Assembly (NCBI GenBank): GCA_038851755.1
Contig: JAWCKR010000002.1
Span: 32,001 to 96,000 of the forward strand
Source of the DNA: Candidatus Hadarchaeales archaeon
GTDB taxonomy: Archaea; Hadarchaeota; Hadarchaeia; Hadarchaeales; WYZ-LMO6
Length of the DNA: 64,000 nt
Reading direction: 5' to 3'
The position numbers and the translations under genes are program-made. The notes under the pieces were generated by a model, which did not search any database, had not been told where the DNA came from, and worked only from the letters and a program-made list of their open reading frames with translations. Positions 36,510 to 45,670 of the stretch are shown piece after piece (the first letter of the stretch is position 1; every line of letters starts with the position of its first letter).

Positions 36510-37296
36510 GGGCTGCAGCCTCTTCCACCGTGGAGACCTCCAGGACCTGCAGGCCCCACCCCTGTTCCAGGGAGTAGGTGTTCAGGTCCACGGTCTTGGG
36601 GCGGTAGGTGATCCAGCGCCATCCTGGGAAGGGCTCATAGGTCACCTGTTCGTATATCGTCACCCTGCCCTGGCCTGTGGGCACGAGGAAGCGGGTGGCC
36701 CCCTCTCTCGCCGCGGCCTGGGCCTTGTAGAACACTCCACCCACCTGCCCTATCGTTCCGTCCTCCTCCACGGTCCCCGTGATCATATAGCCCTCCTTTA
36801 TCCTCCGGTTCTCGAGCGCGGCCAGCACGGCCAGGGTGGTGGCCGCACCCGCGCTCGGACCGTCTATGGCCTCCACCCTCACCTCCTTCCCTGGGCCCGC
36901 CACCAGGAAGTAGATATCATAACCCTTCAGCCCCACTCCGTCCTCGTCCAGCGGGTAGCCGGCCATGGACCCCGCCACCCTCACCGCCCTCCTGTCGGAG
37001 TCCTGGAAGTCGAAGCCCACCAGCATGGGGTCCACGCTCAGGTACACGTAGCCTTCCCCGGGTTTGATCTTGACGGCCAGGGTGCACACCACTCCCGTGG
37101 GGGTTTCCCCGGAGCTCACGGCCACGATGGGAACGGTGGAGCCGGAGTTCTCCAGCCACTGTTGCAGGTTCACCGCACCGCCATGCTGGACGGTGTGCGG
37201 AAGGTGGAGGAGGAGATGGTAGCCCAGGAGACCGCAGAGTAGACCCAGCAGGAAGGCGGCTGCGAGCCTTGGAAGAAGGCCGGGTTTGCGCGGCAT
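36496..37296 (-). CDS. Membrane-anchored S16 (Lon-C) serine protease domain protein
   Basis: N-terminal hydrophobic helix, IDGPSAG, ITGT...DG.IG.VGGV..K (Ser-Lys dyad), no AAA domain. Confidence 0.85.
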   Translation of the reverse strand: MPRKPGLLPRLAAAFLLGLLCGLLGYHLLLHLPHTVQHGGAVNLQQWLENSGSTVPIVAVSSGETPTGVVCTLAVKIKPGEGYVYLSVDPMLVGFDFQDSDRRAVRVAGSMAGYPLDEDGVGLKGYDIYFLVAGPGKEVRVEAIDGPSAGAATTLAVLAALENRRIKEGYMITGTVEEDGTIGQVGGVFYKAQAAAREGATRFLVPTGQGRVTIYEQVTYEPFPGWRWITYRPKTVDLNTYSLEQGWGLQVLEVSTVEEAAALMLE

Positions 37297-37419
37297 CCTC
37301 TTTTTTGGGAGGAGGGATCTGCCTTATAGATAACGGAACATCGAGGGCATGCGCGGATGTTAAAAATGGCCCTATTTTCATACGCCACGAAAAATTTAGC
37401 GGCCTGACGGCAGGGGATT

Positions 37420-38946
37420 TCAACGGATTTTAATCCTGTCCCCGTTTTTAATGAGAAGCACCTCTCGATTCTTCACATTCTCCCTAAAGAACTCCGGGTT
37501 TTCCGTGTGGACAGGGACAACCACCTTCGGACCGATTTCTTCCACCATGTATAGCAACTCCTCTGGCGACGCGTGGCCGGATGCGTGGAAACCAGGGTCG
37601 AACTGCGGCTTTCCCGTCGACTCATCTATCCTGAATCCAAAGACCCTCAGCCCGAAGAGCCGGAGCCACTCCCACAACCTGCAGAAGTCGAACTCTGCCT
37701 CCTCGTTGAACGCTTCGCTGCCAGAGTAGATGTATGTTCCACCGCGTGTGCCGATATCGAGCAGGTTTTTGATATCCCAGAAGCTGAAGCACAGAATGTA
37801 AGCCTCGGGATTCTTGGCCACATCCATCGGATCCAGAACCCTGTCTTTGAAGTCCTCCTCCAGGATGCCACGCTCCCACCCGTCGACTCTCTCCTTCAGG
37901 CCTCGGTAGACAGCAAGGTCTCTCATACGATCAATCCCATCGACATATCCAATGGCTTTTAACATGTACGCATCTCGTGTCGTGACCACCAGTCTGCGCC
38001 CAACCTCCTTGGCGACCTTTGAGAAGGTCTCGAGTCGCTCAAAGTGCCGGGGGGAGAAGTCCGCCACCACGAGGCCACGCTCGTCCCGGACGGCGGAGAG
38101 GCTGTTCTCGTAGACGTCATCCTCTGACTCCTCTCTTGTCTTTTCCCTCCCTATGCGGGTCCCCTCTATTACCAGCACCTTCGGGTCAAGCCCGGAGGCC
38201 TCTTGCACGAACCGTTTGGTCTTCCTCGCCAGGGCACCGTGCATTCGGAGGTCCCCCGTATACACTGCCCATCCAGCGTCAGTTTCGAATGCGTAGGCAG
38301 TTGCGCCATAAATCGAGTGGTCAACCTCAAAAGCCTTGAAGGGGATTGGCCCTGCCTTCGCCTCCGTGAGTTCCCCTTGCTGTAGGTCCTTTTTGGCGGC
38401 GTACCTCCAGAACCACCTTAGTCTTTCGCTCGGAGCGCCCGTGCAGAAGAATCGCCTACCCTGGTAAGGAGCCTTCCTCTGGCTCTCGAGTATTCGGGCG
38501 TCCATGTCCCCCCTTCTCGGGGTGAAGTATGCCACCTCGTGCGGCGGGTCTGACTTTCCAGAGTCCTGATAGGCCTTCAGGATTGCGATCGTCATCGGCG
38601 AGGCATAGACTGGGATTGTGGGGTCAAGTAGCCCGATGCACCCAGCGTGGTCCATGTGGGCATGGGTGAGGAAAACCCCGTCGACCCTGAGGTGCTGGAG
38701 CCTGAAGCTGAAGTCGGATGGGATGAGGTCTTGGCGGTAGATGTCAATGGGCGGGACTAGCCCCATCGCCAAATAGTCGTGAACCCCCCTTATCGCCCTA
38801 GGCTTGAGGTACTCCTCGTAGAACTGCCCCATGCGCTTGTAATTGGTTCCGAAGTCGAGGAGGAGCCCCTTGTCACCGGATTCCAAGTGAATCTTGTTGC
38901 CGCCGATCGAGTCGGCTCCGTCGAGTATGGTAAGGGTCGTGGTCAG
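37420..38946 (-). CDS. MBL-fold/beta-CASP RNase J-like nuclease; probable CTG start
   Basis: IGGNKI, LLDFG, THAHMDH, VDHSI.GA, YTGDLR.HG, EGT, HASGHA, PVHTE. SD GGGGGTGA 4 nt before CTG 38946. Confidence 0.82.
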   Translation of the reverse strand: MTTTLTILDGADSIGGNKIHLESGDKGLLLDFGTNYKRMGQFYEEYLKPRAIRGVHDYLAMGLVPPIDIYRQDLIPSDFSFRLQHLRVDGVFLTHAHMDHAGCIGLLDPTIPVYASPMTIAILKAYQDSGKSDPPHEVAYFTPRRGDMDARILESQRKAPYQGRRFFCTGAPSERLRWFWRYAAKKDLQQGELTEAKAGPIPFKAFEVDHSIYGATAYAFETDAGWAVYTGDLRMHGALARKTKRFVQEASGLDPKVLVIEGTRIGREKTREESEDDVYENSLSAVRDERGLVVADFSPRHFERLETFSKVAKEVGRRLVVTTRDAYMLKAIGYVDGIDRMRDLAVYRGLKERVDGWERGILEEDFKDRVLDPMDVAKNPEAYILCFSFWDIKNLLDIGTRGGTYIYSGSEAFNEEAEFDFCRLWEWLRLFGLRVFGFRIDESTGKPQFDPGFHASGHASPEELLYMVEEIGPKVVVPVHTENPEFFRENVKNREVLLIKNGDRIKIR

Positions 38947-39191
38947 GTAGTCACCCCCGAATTCCAATAAGTGGTCCCCAGGATAAATGGCTCATGTTTT
39001 AAAGGTAAAGCCGAGGGCGAAAAACGTGTTCTCCCGCCGACTGTTTCCCCTTCCCGCTCGCTGTAAATTGGATCTTAATTTTTTGAAAACTTCCATCCGC
39101 AAAAAGAGCTGCGACTCCGCTGGTTGTGGCTTGAAGCACCTTATCCGTTGCCGTTAATTATCCAGAAAAACAAGGATTGAGAGAGAAGAAA

Positions 39192-40457
39192 ATGAATCAT
39201 AGGAACGAAATTGAAAGGATTCGGGCGGTCTTAACGGCTGCGATACCTTTCATCAGTTCGCTGGTAAGAAAATCCAGGATCGTTTTCCATCCTACTCTAC
39301 CCTTCGTGTCCGCAGTGGATGAAAACTCGGTAATTCATCTGGGGGAGGATTTCTTCTCCCTTTCCTTCGAGGACCAAGCTTTCGTTTTGGGACATGAAGC
39401 TCTTCATGTTTCCCTTCTTCACCCGCTGAGGGCAAAGAGGGTGGAAAACCCCTTCGCGTACAACCTCGCCGCGGATGTCGTCGTGTGCCATCTCTTGGGC
39501 CAGCTGATGCATACTCAACAGTGGGTTCCACCGTGGGAAGAGCTGAGACTCCCCGAGGGGTGGGAAGGATGTTCGGTGGAGGAGATTTACGAATGGTTGA
39601 AAAGAAGTGCAGTGAATTTAGTGGGAGGGAGGGACTTAACGGTCGAGGGGGATTCTTCCCGCACTCCTTTGGAAGGGATTAAGGTATTGCAGAAGGTAAG
39701 GAGGAAAAAAATGGTCGGATGGGATCTTCTCCACACTCCCCCAGAAGGTGGGGAGGTACTACAGGAGGGAGATTCCAACCTTTACGGGGGGACAGTGGAG
39801 GAGAGGGAGGAGGGATGGAGGGAGGTCATGTACCAAGCCATGGAGGTGGCGAAGCAGGCGGGAAAACTACCCGCCGGCGTGGCGAGGTCCGTAGAAGAGA
39901 TGCTAAAACCGAAACTCCCCGTCCGCTCCCTGCTCAGGCAGTACATCAGGGAGGGCATAGGGAAGACCGTCGTAGGAACTTGGACGAGGGAGAGCAGGAA
40001 GACCCCTGACATGCCTGGGATAAGGAGGTTCACGGTGCCCAACATCTGGGCGCTGGTGGACACCTCTGGGTCTATCGGAGAGGAGGAGCTCTCTCTCTTC
40101 GTGGGGACCATATACGAGTTCAACAGTCTGGCGAACATCACCGTGGTCTGCTGGGACGGGGAAGCCTACGAGCCCATCAAACTGAAACAAAAATCCCAAG
40201 TGCTGGAAAGACTGAGAGAGAAGATGAGAGGAGGAGGGGGAACGATCATCATCCCCGCTCTCAAAAAGACCCTAGAGGAGATGCGGGGGGCGAACATCGT
40301 ACTGGTGCTCTCGGACGGACACATCTACGATTGGGATAAGGCAAAACCCTACCTCGCGCAGGTGGCGAGGAAGGCCCTGTTCTCCGTTTTGCTGTGGACG
40401 GATAAAGAAATCAAACACCCGCTGTGGAAGTCTCTGAAGCTCACTGCCGAGCACTGA
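39192..40457 (+). CDS. DUF2201-type putative metallopeptidase plus vWA domain protein
   Basis: FVLGHEALHV.L.H..R, N.AAD, VDTSGSI (MIDAS), GGGGT, LSDG. Confidence 0.85.
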   Translation: MNHRNEIERIRAVLTAAIPFISSLVRKSRIVFHPTLPFVSAVDENSVIHLGEDFFSLSFEDQAFVLGHEALHVSLLHPLRAKRVENPFAYNLAADVVVCHLLGQLMHTQQWVPPWEELRLPEGWEGCSVEEIYEWLKRSAVNLVGGRDLTVEGDSSRTPLEGIKVLQKVRRKKMVGWDLLHTPPEGGEVLQEGDSNLYGGTVEEREEGWREVMYQAMEVAKQAGKLPAGVARSVEEMLKPKLPVRSLLRQYIREGIGKTVVGTWTRESRKTPDMPGIRRFTVPNIWALVDTSGSIGEEELSLFVGTIYEFNSLANITVVCWDGEAYEPIKLKQKSQVLERLREKMRGGGGTIIIPALKKTLEEMRGANIVLVLSDGHIYDWDKAKPYLAQVARKALFSVLLWTDKEIKHPLWKSLKLTAEH

Positions 40458-40490
40458 GAAACCGCTTCTTTTGGAGGCCAGAATGGGTCT

Positions 40491-40638
40491 AAACAGAAGT
40501 CGCAGGTGTTGGAGAGGCTTAAGAGAAAAATGGGGATAAAGCCCTATCTCGCGCAGGTGGCGAGGAAGTGGTTTTGTTCAATCTTCCTTTGGACGGACTG
40601 GAGAATCAAAAGCACCCTAAGCCCATCTGGCTTCTGAG
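40491..40638 (+). pseudogene. Start-less relic of a second vWA-protein C-terminus
   Basis: Translates KQKSQVLERLKRKMG-IKPYLAQVARKWFCSIFLWTDWRIK, versus KQKSQVLERLREKMR...AKPYLAQVARKALFSVLLWTDKEIK in the upstream gene. Confidence 0.75.
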
Positions 40639-40649
40639 CTAGGATGAGA

Positions 40650-41177
40650 CTAGAGCTTCGCGCAAAGGATTTTTATATAGAGCGTCCTGAGGGCCTCATC
40701 CGGTAGTTGGAGGATCATCTCCCTCATGACTTTCCTCGTATAAGAGACCAGTCCGAGGCTGTCGAGGATGCTCACGCAGAAGCCCAGCGGGAGGTACCTC
40801 AGCTTTTCCAGGATTCCATCCTTCAGAAGTCCCCTGTTTGCGCAGTCCACCCAGGTTTGTATCTCGCTCAAGTGGAAGTCCTTTTCATCTTGGGAGCAAC
40901 GGTAATCCTTTTCTATCGCGGAGATTAGCTTTTTGACGATTTTCTGAAGGGAGTCATGATCGAGGTTCGAAAGCCTCTCTCCCAGTCTTTCGTACAGTTT
41001 TTCCCTAAGTTTTCCTTCCGAGAGGTCATCCAAGAGTTGTGGGAGACCATTCCATTTCCTCTTCCACCTTTTCGATTCCTCAACCTCATCCAGCAGTAAC
41101 TTAAGCATGGCCTCCTTGTGTGGACCTGTTTTCTCCCTTTCAGGTCCTGAGGGAGGGAGGGATTTCCTTTCTTCCAT
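40650..41177 (-). CDS. Hypothetical helical protein
   Basis: ORF rich in L/E/K, GAAGGAG upstream; no motif recognised. Confidence 0.55.
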   Translation of the reverse strand: MEERKSLPPSGPEREKTGPHKEAMLKLLLDEVEESKRWKRKWNGLPQLLDDLSEGKLREKLYERLGERLSNLDHDSLQKIVKKLISAIEKDYRCSQDEKDFHLSEIQTWVDCANRGLLKDGILEKLRYLPLGFCVSILDSLGLVSYTRKVMREMILQLPDEALRTLYIKILCAKL

Positions 41178-41277
41178 CACTCCTTCTATCCCGGGGCCTA
41201 AAAAAAGATCAATCGGCAATTTTTTTAACTCAAGCCTTTTTTCTTAGAAACCAGATAGAAAACTAGAGGTTTAAAAA

Positions 41278-42387
41278 ATGAAGCCAAACAAGATAAAAGA
41301 ATTTCTTCATCGGCTTTACGAGGCGGACACCGGCAAACGTTCCTCCGTACTCCTGCTGGGGGGGCAGGGTATGGGAAAGACCACGACTATATGGGAGTTC
41401 GCGCAGGAAATGGCAAAAAAGCTCGGGAAGGAGTTCGTGGACTACGACGATACGGAGGCGGACAGGATTCTCGAGAACCCCGACAGGTTCTTCGTGTTCC
41501 ACGACCTGCCTTTGGTGGGCGTGGAGCCGATAGACCTGACGGGGCAGCCCAAGCTTCACAACGGAAGGGTGAGATACCATCCCCTGGAGTGGGCCTACGT
41601 GATGTCTAAGTGCCCCGGGGTCCTCTTCCTCGACGACTTCTTGGACACCCAGCGGATGGACGTGATGTCGGCGGCCTACCGCATCTTCCTGCAGAGGCGG
41701 GTGGGCTACCTCTATCTGCATCCTGGGGTTCAGGTGGTGGCGGCCAGCAACACGCCCGAGTTCTCGACGCTGTCGCAGATGATGCCCGCGCCCCTTGCCA
41801 ACAGGCCCATCATCATAAGGGTGTCCCCGCCCACGCCTGAGGAATGGGCGGATTGGATGGACAGCAACTACGGAGATGAGTGGGACAGGAGGGTCTTCGC
41901 CTTCCTGAAGAGGTTCGAGAGGGAGGGTTATCTCTTCAGGCCCCCAAAGGAGGCGGAAACCCTAGAGCAGCACCCGACCCCTAGGAGTTGGACGAAGCTG
42001 GCGACGTTGCTGAAGAAGGGTATAGTCTCGAGCAGGGAGGAAATGGCAGGCGTCATAGGGGAGGAAATGGCCACCATGTTCGGCGCTTTCCTCAGGGTTC
42101 GCATAGACCTAGAGGAGCTGAAGAGGAATCCGGAGAAGTTCAGGATACTGAGCCTAGACGGCAAGTACATGGCGGTGATAATGCTGGCTTCCCAAGACTT
42201 CGAGGAGTACAGGAAGGTCATAGAGGAGGTGATGAGTGATAGCCGCGAATGGATAGTACTTCTGGCAACCTCCCTGAGGGGGAAGAAGAGGGAAAAGTTC
42301 CTGAACTTCTTGGCAGTCCATTATCCCGATTTCCTAGAGCTTTTGGAGAAGGTGGTTCTCGAGAAGCAAAAACTTCTAGAAGGCTGA
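41278..42387 (+). CDS. MoxR/AAA_5-like ATPase (usual partner of DUF2201-vWA)
   Basis: Walker A GGQGMGKT, DL.G.P, Walker B LFLDDF, AASN, PLANR, PTPRSW. Confidence 0.85.
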   Translation: MKPNKIKEFLHRLYEADTGKRSSVLLLGGQGMGKTTTIWEFAQEMAKKLGKEFVDYDDTEADRILENPDRFFVFHDLPLVGVEPIDLTGQPKLHNGRVRYHPLEWAYVMSKCPGVLFLDDFLDTQRMDVMSAAYRIFLQRRVGYLYLHPGVQVVAASNTPEFSTLSQMMPAPLANRPIIIRVSPPTPEEWADWMDSNYGDEWDRRVFAFLKRFEREGYLFRPPKEAETLEQHPTPRSWTKLATLLKKGIVSSREEMAGVIGEEMATMFGAFLRVRIDLEELKRNPEKFRILSLDGKYMAVIMLASQDFEEYRKVIEEVMSDSREWIVLLATSLRGKKREKFLNFLAVHYPDFLELLEKVVLEKQKLLEG

Positions 42388-42524
42388 GGGAGGCTAAGCC
42401 ACCCGAGCGCCCGATGCTCGTGCGGAGAAGTGAGAGGTTGGAGATTTCCCTGAAGTATCTTCTGTGAGGCTAGAGCGATGGCCGAAGCAAAGGGAAAGGT
42501 CTTCCTAGGGGAATAGTTTCAGAT

Positions 42525-42875
42525 TCACTTCCCTCCGGGAGGGGCTCCTTTTCCGGTTTTCTCGGGTCCCTCTTCGCCCCCGCGTTTTCCCCTAGCTTTC
42601 TCCGCGAGTTCATGCGCTTTCTCGGCCAGCGTGGAGTATCTTTCAAAGGCTTCTTTGTCCCTGCCCATTGCAAAGGCAAAGGCAGGCTGTACCACATTTA
42701 GGAGGTCCGATCCCTTGAGCCTCATCACGGGAATGGAGTGTCCCGCATGGGCCCCCTCTATCACTTCCACCTGTTCGTACTCCGCACCGCAGTGAGGACA
42801 TTTCATTGGTGGTTCATCTAGGTTCACGATTTTCGACTTCCCGCAGCCAACGCATTCCCAGAACCCATCGGTCAT
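42525..42875 (-). CDS. Small zinc-ribbon protein
   Basis: WECVGCG...KCPHCG; GGAAGGA upstream. Confidence 0.6.
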   Translation of the reverse strand: MTDGFWECVGCGKSKIVNLDEPPMKCPHCGAEYEQVEVIEGAHAGHSIPVMRLKGSDLLNVVQPAFAFAMGRDKEAFERYSTLAEKAHELAEKARGKRGGEEGPEKTGKGAPPGGK

Positions 42876-42962
42876 GCTATTCCTTCCGGCGCCTACCTGC
42901 ACTTAAAACTTGGAGAAAAATCTTTCCCCCCTGGAAACTCGTGGGTGAGAGGATGCGGGGCT

Positions 42963-43394
42963 TTAAAGGGCTGAGGCCAAGGCCCTCAGGTAATATGTTT
43001 TGGGCATCCTTTCCTTAATCCTCTTGAGCACAATCGCCGTGGCCTTGGAATCCGCGTTTTCCCTTATCCAAGCCAGCAGGATCCTCGGTGGTCTGTCCCT
43101 TTCCCCAGCCAGCCATTTGAGGATGGATTTCCCCCATCTTGTATACCCCACCCGCTCAGCACTTTCGAGCTCTTCACAGTCCCTTGAGGAGCGTAGGGCC
43201 ATGAAGAGATAGGGGCTGGAGAGTTCCTTTCCCTCCAGCCTGTGGTGGAGGGGACAGTACCACCAGACGGACATGGATCGGGCCTTCTGGAAGATGGCAT
43301 TCGGGGGAACGTTTCCTTCCCCGAACGAGGAGCCTATTTCCTTCCCGTCCCACCAGACGTATGTCCCTTCCCACCACACCATGAGGTACTGCAT
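42963..43394 (-). CDS. Hypothetical Trp-rich protein
   Basis: 143-aa ATG ORF; no motif recognised. Confidence 0.45.
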   Translation of the reverse strand: MQYLMVWWEGTYVWWDGKEIGSSFGEGNVPPNAIFQKARSMSVWWYCPLHHRLEGKELSSPYLFMALRSSRDCEELESAERVGYTRWGKSILKWLAGERDRPPRILLAWIRENADSKATAIVLKRIKERMPKTYYLRALASAL

Positions 43395-43882
43395 ATTTAG
43401 TGGGTTTCCTTCGGGGTTTTTATGCGGAGGGTGATTTTAATTACCCTTTGTAGGCCGAACCTTTCTTCAGGAGGTAAAGGGCATGGTGGCAGGAGTTTCC
43501 TCGGTGGAAACTGGTCCACTCCTCGTTGGTGGACCTCTCATGAGCCACGATTAATCCTTTTCGCTCGTGGGAACTTTCAGCTAAATCGATTTTGGAGCCT
43601 TTTTTCGGGCCAGGTTTCAGCTCTTCTGGAAGACTAAGTGTCTTTATTCTGCATCTTTTTTCTAAGTTTCAATACTTCTTCTTTATTCGTATTTTCCCAC
43701 TTTTAGCAAATTTTGCTTTGAATCAAGTGTTTTATTACATAATCAACTACTTAAAGAACTATTTTCAAATTTATAGAAATAATAAGTCTCCTAGTATAAA
43801 TTAGAGAAAAAATTCGGCTAAAAACTTTAGAAGGGGTAAAAAAATTTCCCCAAAACTCAAATATGGGCGGATATAGCGTATT

Positions 43883-45199
43883 TTGATGATGGCTCAAAAG
43901 CGGGAGGATGGTTTCGCACAGGCCCGGTTGGCTGACCTCAAAGGTTTTCCGCACCTCGCAGAGGAGGTGAAGAAACTGGTGGACTTCCTCAAAGAGGAGA
44001 GGGGGAAAAGGTCTGCGGGAATCCTCCTCTACGGACCCCCGGGCACGGGAAAAACCTTGACCAGTAGAATCCTGGCTACCGAGGCGGGGGCCTTTTGGTT
44101 GGATGCCACCTCCCTCCCGAGAGAGGGGGAGTGGAAAGGGGAAGACGTGAAGGCCCTCTTCTCCAAGGCCCGTGCACTAAGCAGGAGGGGGAGGCTCGTG
44201 CTGGTTCATTTGGAGGAGTTGCAAGAAATAGATGAACGCTTCGATGCTTCCGTGTCTCTCTCCTGCGAGCTCGACCGTATCGTGCAAAGGAAGGAGAAAA
44301 TCTTCGTGGTGGCCACGACTAACGATCTCTTCAAGTGCGATCAGCGCCTCCTGCGCCCCGGCAGGCTTTATCCCCATCTGGGGTACACCTTTCCCTCCCC
44401 CCAGGGGAGGAAGGAAATCTTGGAGCATTATCTCTCCAAAAAGCCCCACGAGCCCTTGGACACGGCGAGCTTGGCCCAGCTTTTCCCCTCATATACCTCT
44501 CCTGCTGCCATCGAGAGGCTGGTGGAGGACAGCTACTTAGAGGCCCTCATAAGGGGGGGAAGAAAAATAACTGAAAGGGATTTGGTCAAGAAGCTCTTGA
44601 AGCTGGTGTTAGGAGCTCCAGAGAAGGAATGGAACTCGGAACAAGAGAGGAAGATAGCCTGCGTTCACGAGGCCGGACACGCAGTTGTGGCCGTGGAGCT
44701 GGGTGTTCCCGTGAAAATAGTGGCTGTTCCTTTAAGGGGGTACAGCAGGGGAATTACTCTCACGAATCTGGAGGACGGCATCCGTTCAACGAAGTTGATG
44801 GAGGACGAGATCACTATCTGCTATGGCGGTGAGATAGCCGAAGAGTTCCTTTGCGGGGAGAGATGCTTGGGAAGAAATGACCTGGACACGGGTAAGGCCA
44901 CCGCTCTTGCCTTCAGGCTGGAGGCCGAGTGGGGGAAGGAAAGGAACTATTACGACTTCCACTTCTGTGATCCCACTTTCTCACGCTTGGAGAAAATCTT
45001 TTTTCCCCTTCCACAAGAAAAACTCTCAAAAATCTACGAAAAGGTCGAGGCCATAATGAGGGCCTGTAGGAAGAGGGCGCTGAGGATTCTGCGGACCTAC
45101 GGCAAAAGGGAGCTGAAGCGCATGGCGGGGCTCATCTACGAGAGGGAGTTCTTGCTGGGGGAGGAAGTGCGGAAGGCGGTGAAGGGGGCAGGAGCGTGA
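43883..45199 (+). CDS. Soluble FtsH-like AAA+ / M41 metalloprotease
   Basis: GILLYGPPGTGKT, ATTN...D..LLRPGR, HEAGHA, GG.IAEE; no N-terminal TM helices. Confidence 0.8.
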   Translation: MMMAQKREDGFAQARLADLKGFPHLAEEVKKLVDFLKEERGKRSAGILLYGPPGTGKTLTSRILATEAGAFWLDATSLPREGEWKGEDVKALFSKARALSRRGRLVLVHLEELQEIDERFDASVSLSCELDRIVQRKEKIFVVATTNDLFKCDQRLLRPGRLYPHLGYTFPSPQGRKEILEHYLSKKPHEPLDTASLAQLFPSYTSPAAIERLVEDSYLEALIRGGRKITERDLVKKLLKLVLGAPEKEWNSEQERKIACVHEAGHAVVAVELGVPVKIVAVPLRGYSRGITLTNLEDGIRSTKLMEDEITICYGGEIAEEFLCGERCLGRNDLDTGKATALAFRLEAEWGKERNYYDFHFCDPTFSRLEKIFFPLPQEKLSKIYEKVEAIMRACRKRALRILRTYGKRELKRMAGLIYEREFLLGEEVRKAVKGAGA

Positions 45200-45522
45200 T
45201 GGGAACATGTGAAGGAAAATATCTGCATCCTCTCTATTATGCCTTGCTCCTCCTCAAGGAGATGAGGGAGAGGGGGGCCCTCAGCCTTTACCGCTTGATG
45301 AGGTTGCTGCCCACCTGCCAGAACAGGAGGAGGATGAGGGACCTGGTCGGCCGGATGGAGGAGATGGGGTGGGTGGAGAAGGAGATGAGTAGGTGGTTGT
45401 GTTACCGTCTAACCGCCACAGGTCTGGAGTTTCTTAGGAGGGCAGAGGAGCTCGATTTGGAAGGGATGTTTCTTCGTTTCCGATCTTTGGGGAAAGGAGC
45501 TGCTGGGGTCGAGGGTGAGTGA
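45196..45522 (+). CDS. Winged-helix DNA-binding protein
   Basis: L...M.E.GWV....YRLT..G.EFL wing signature; GTGA overlap with the upstream gene. Confidence 0.7.
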   Translation: MMGTCEGKYLHPLYYALLLLKEMRERGALSLYRLMRLLPTCQNRRRMRDLVGRMEEMGWVEKEMSRWLCYRLTATGLEFLRRAEELDLEGMFLRFRSLGKGAAGVEGE

Positions 45523-45670
45523 TTCTGCGGGAAGTGGTTGAGTTAACATCCGCCTGACTTCTTTTGGTGTCACGTTCTTTTCCCATTTTCTTTTTTCCTT
45601 AGGTATTAAGCGTTTGCGCTCAACCTCTGGGCTTATTAGTACTCTAATTGAGGAATCGGGTCTGGTGAGA

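Noticed and set aside
37395-37425. Possible att copy of the tRNA-Arg 3' end (TAGCGGCCTGACGGCAGGGGATTTCAAC)
   Set aside because: Only loose, gapped resemblance to TGGCGGGCCGGACGGGATTCGAAC, and it overlaps a gene end. Not supportable without alignment statistics.
40180-40638. Diversity-generating retroelement TR/VR pair
   Set aside because: Mismatches are not adenine-specific (C/G, C/T and G/T changes occur), a large deletion is present, and there is no reverse transcriptase in the window.
43630-43880. Chromosomal replication origin
   Set aside because: No ORB repeats recognised and no adjacent orc1/cdc6.
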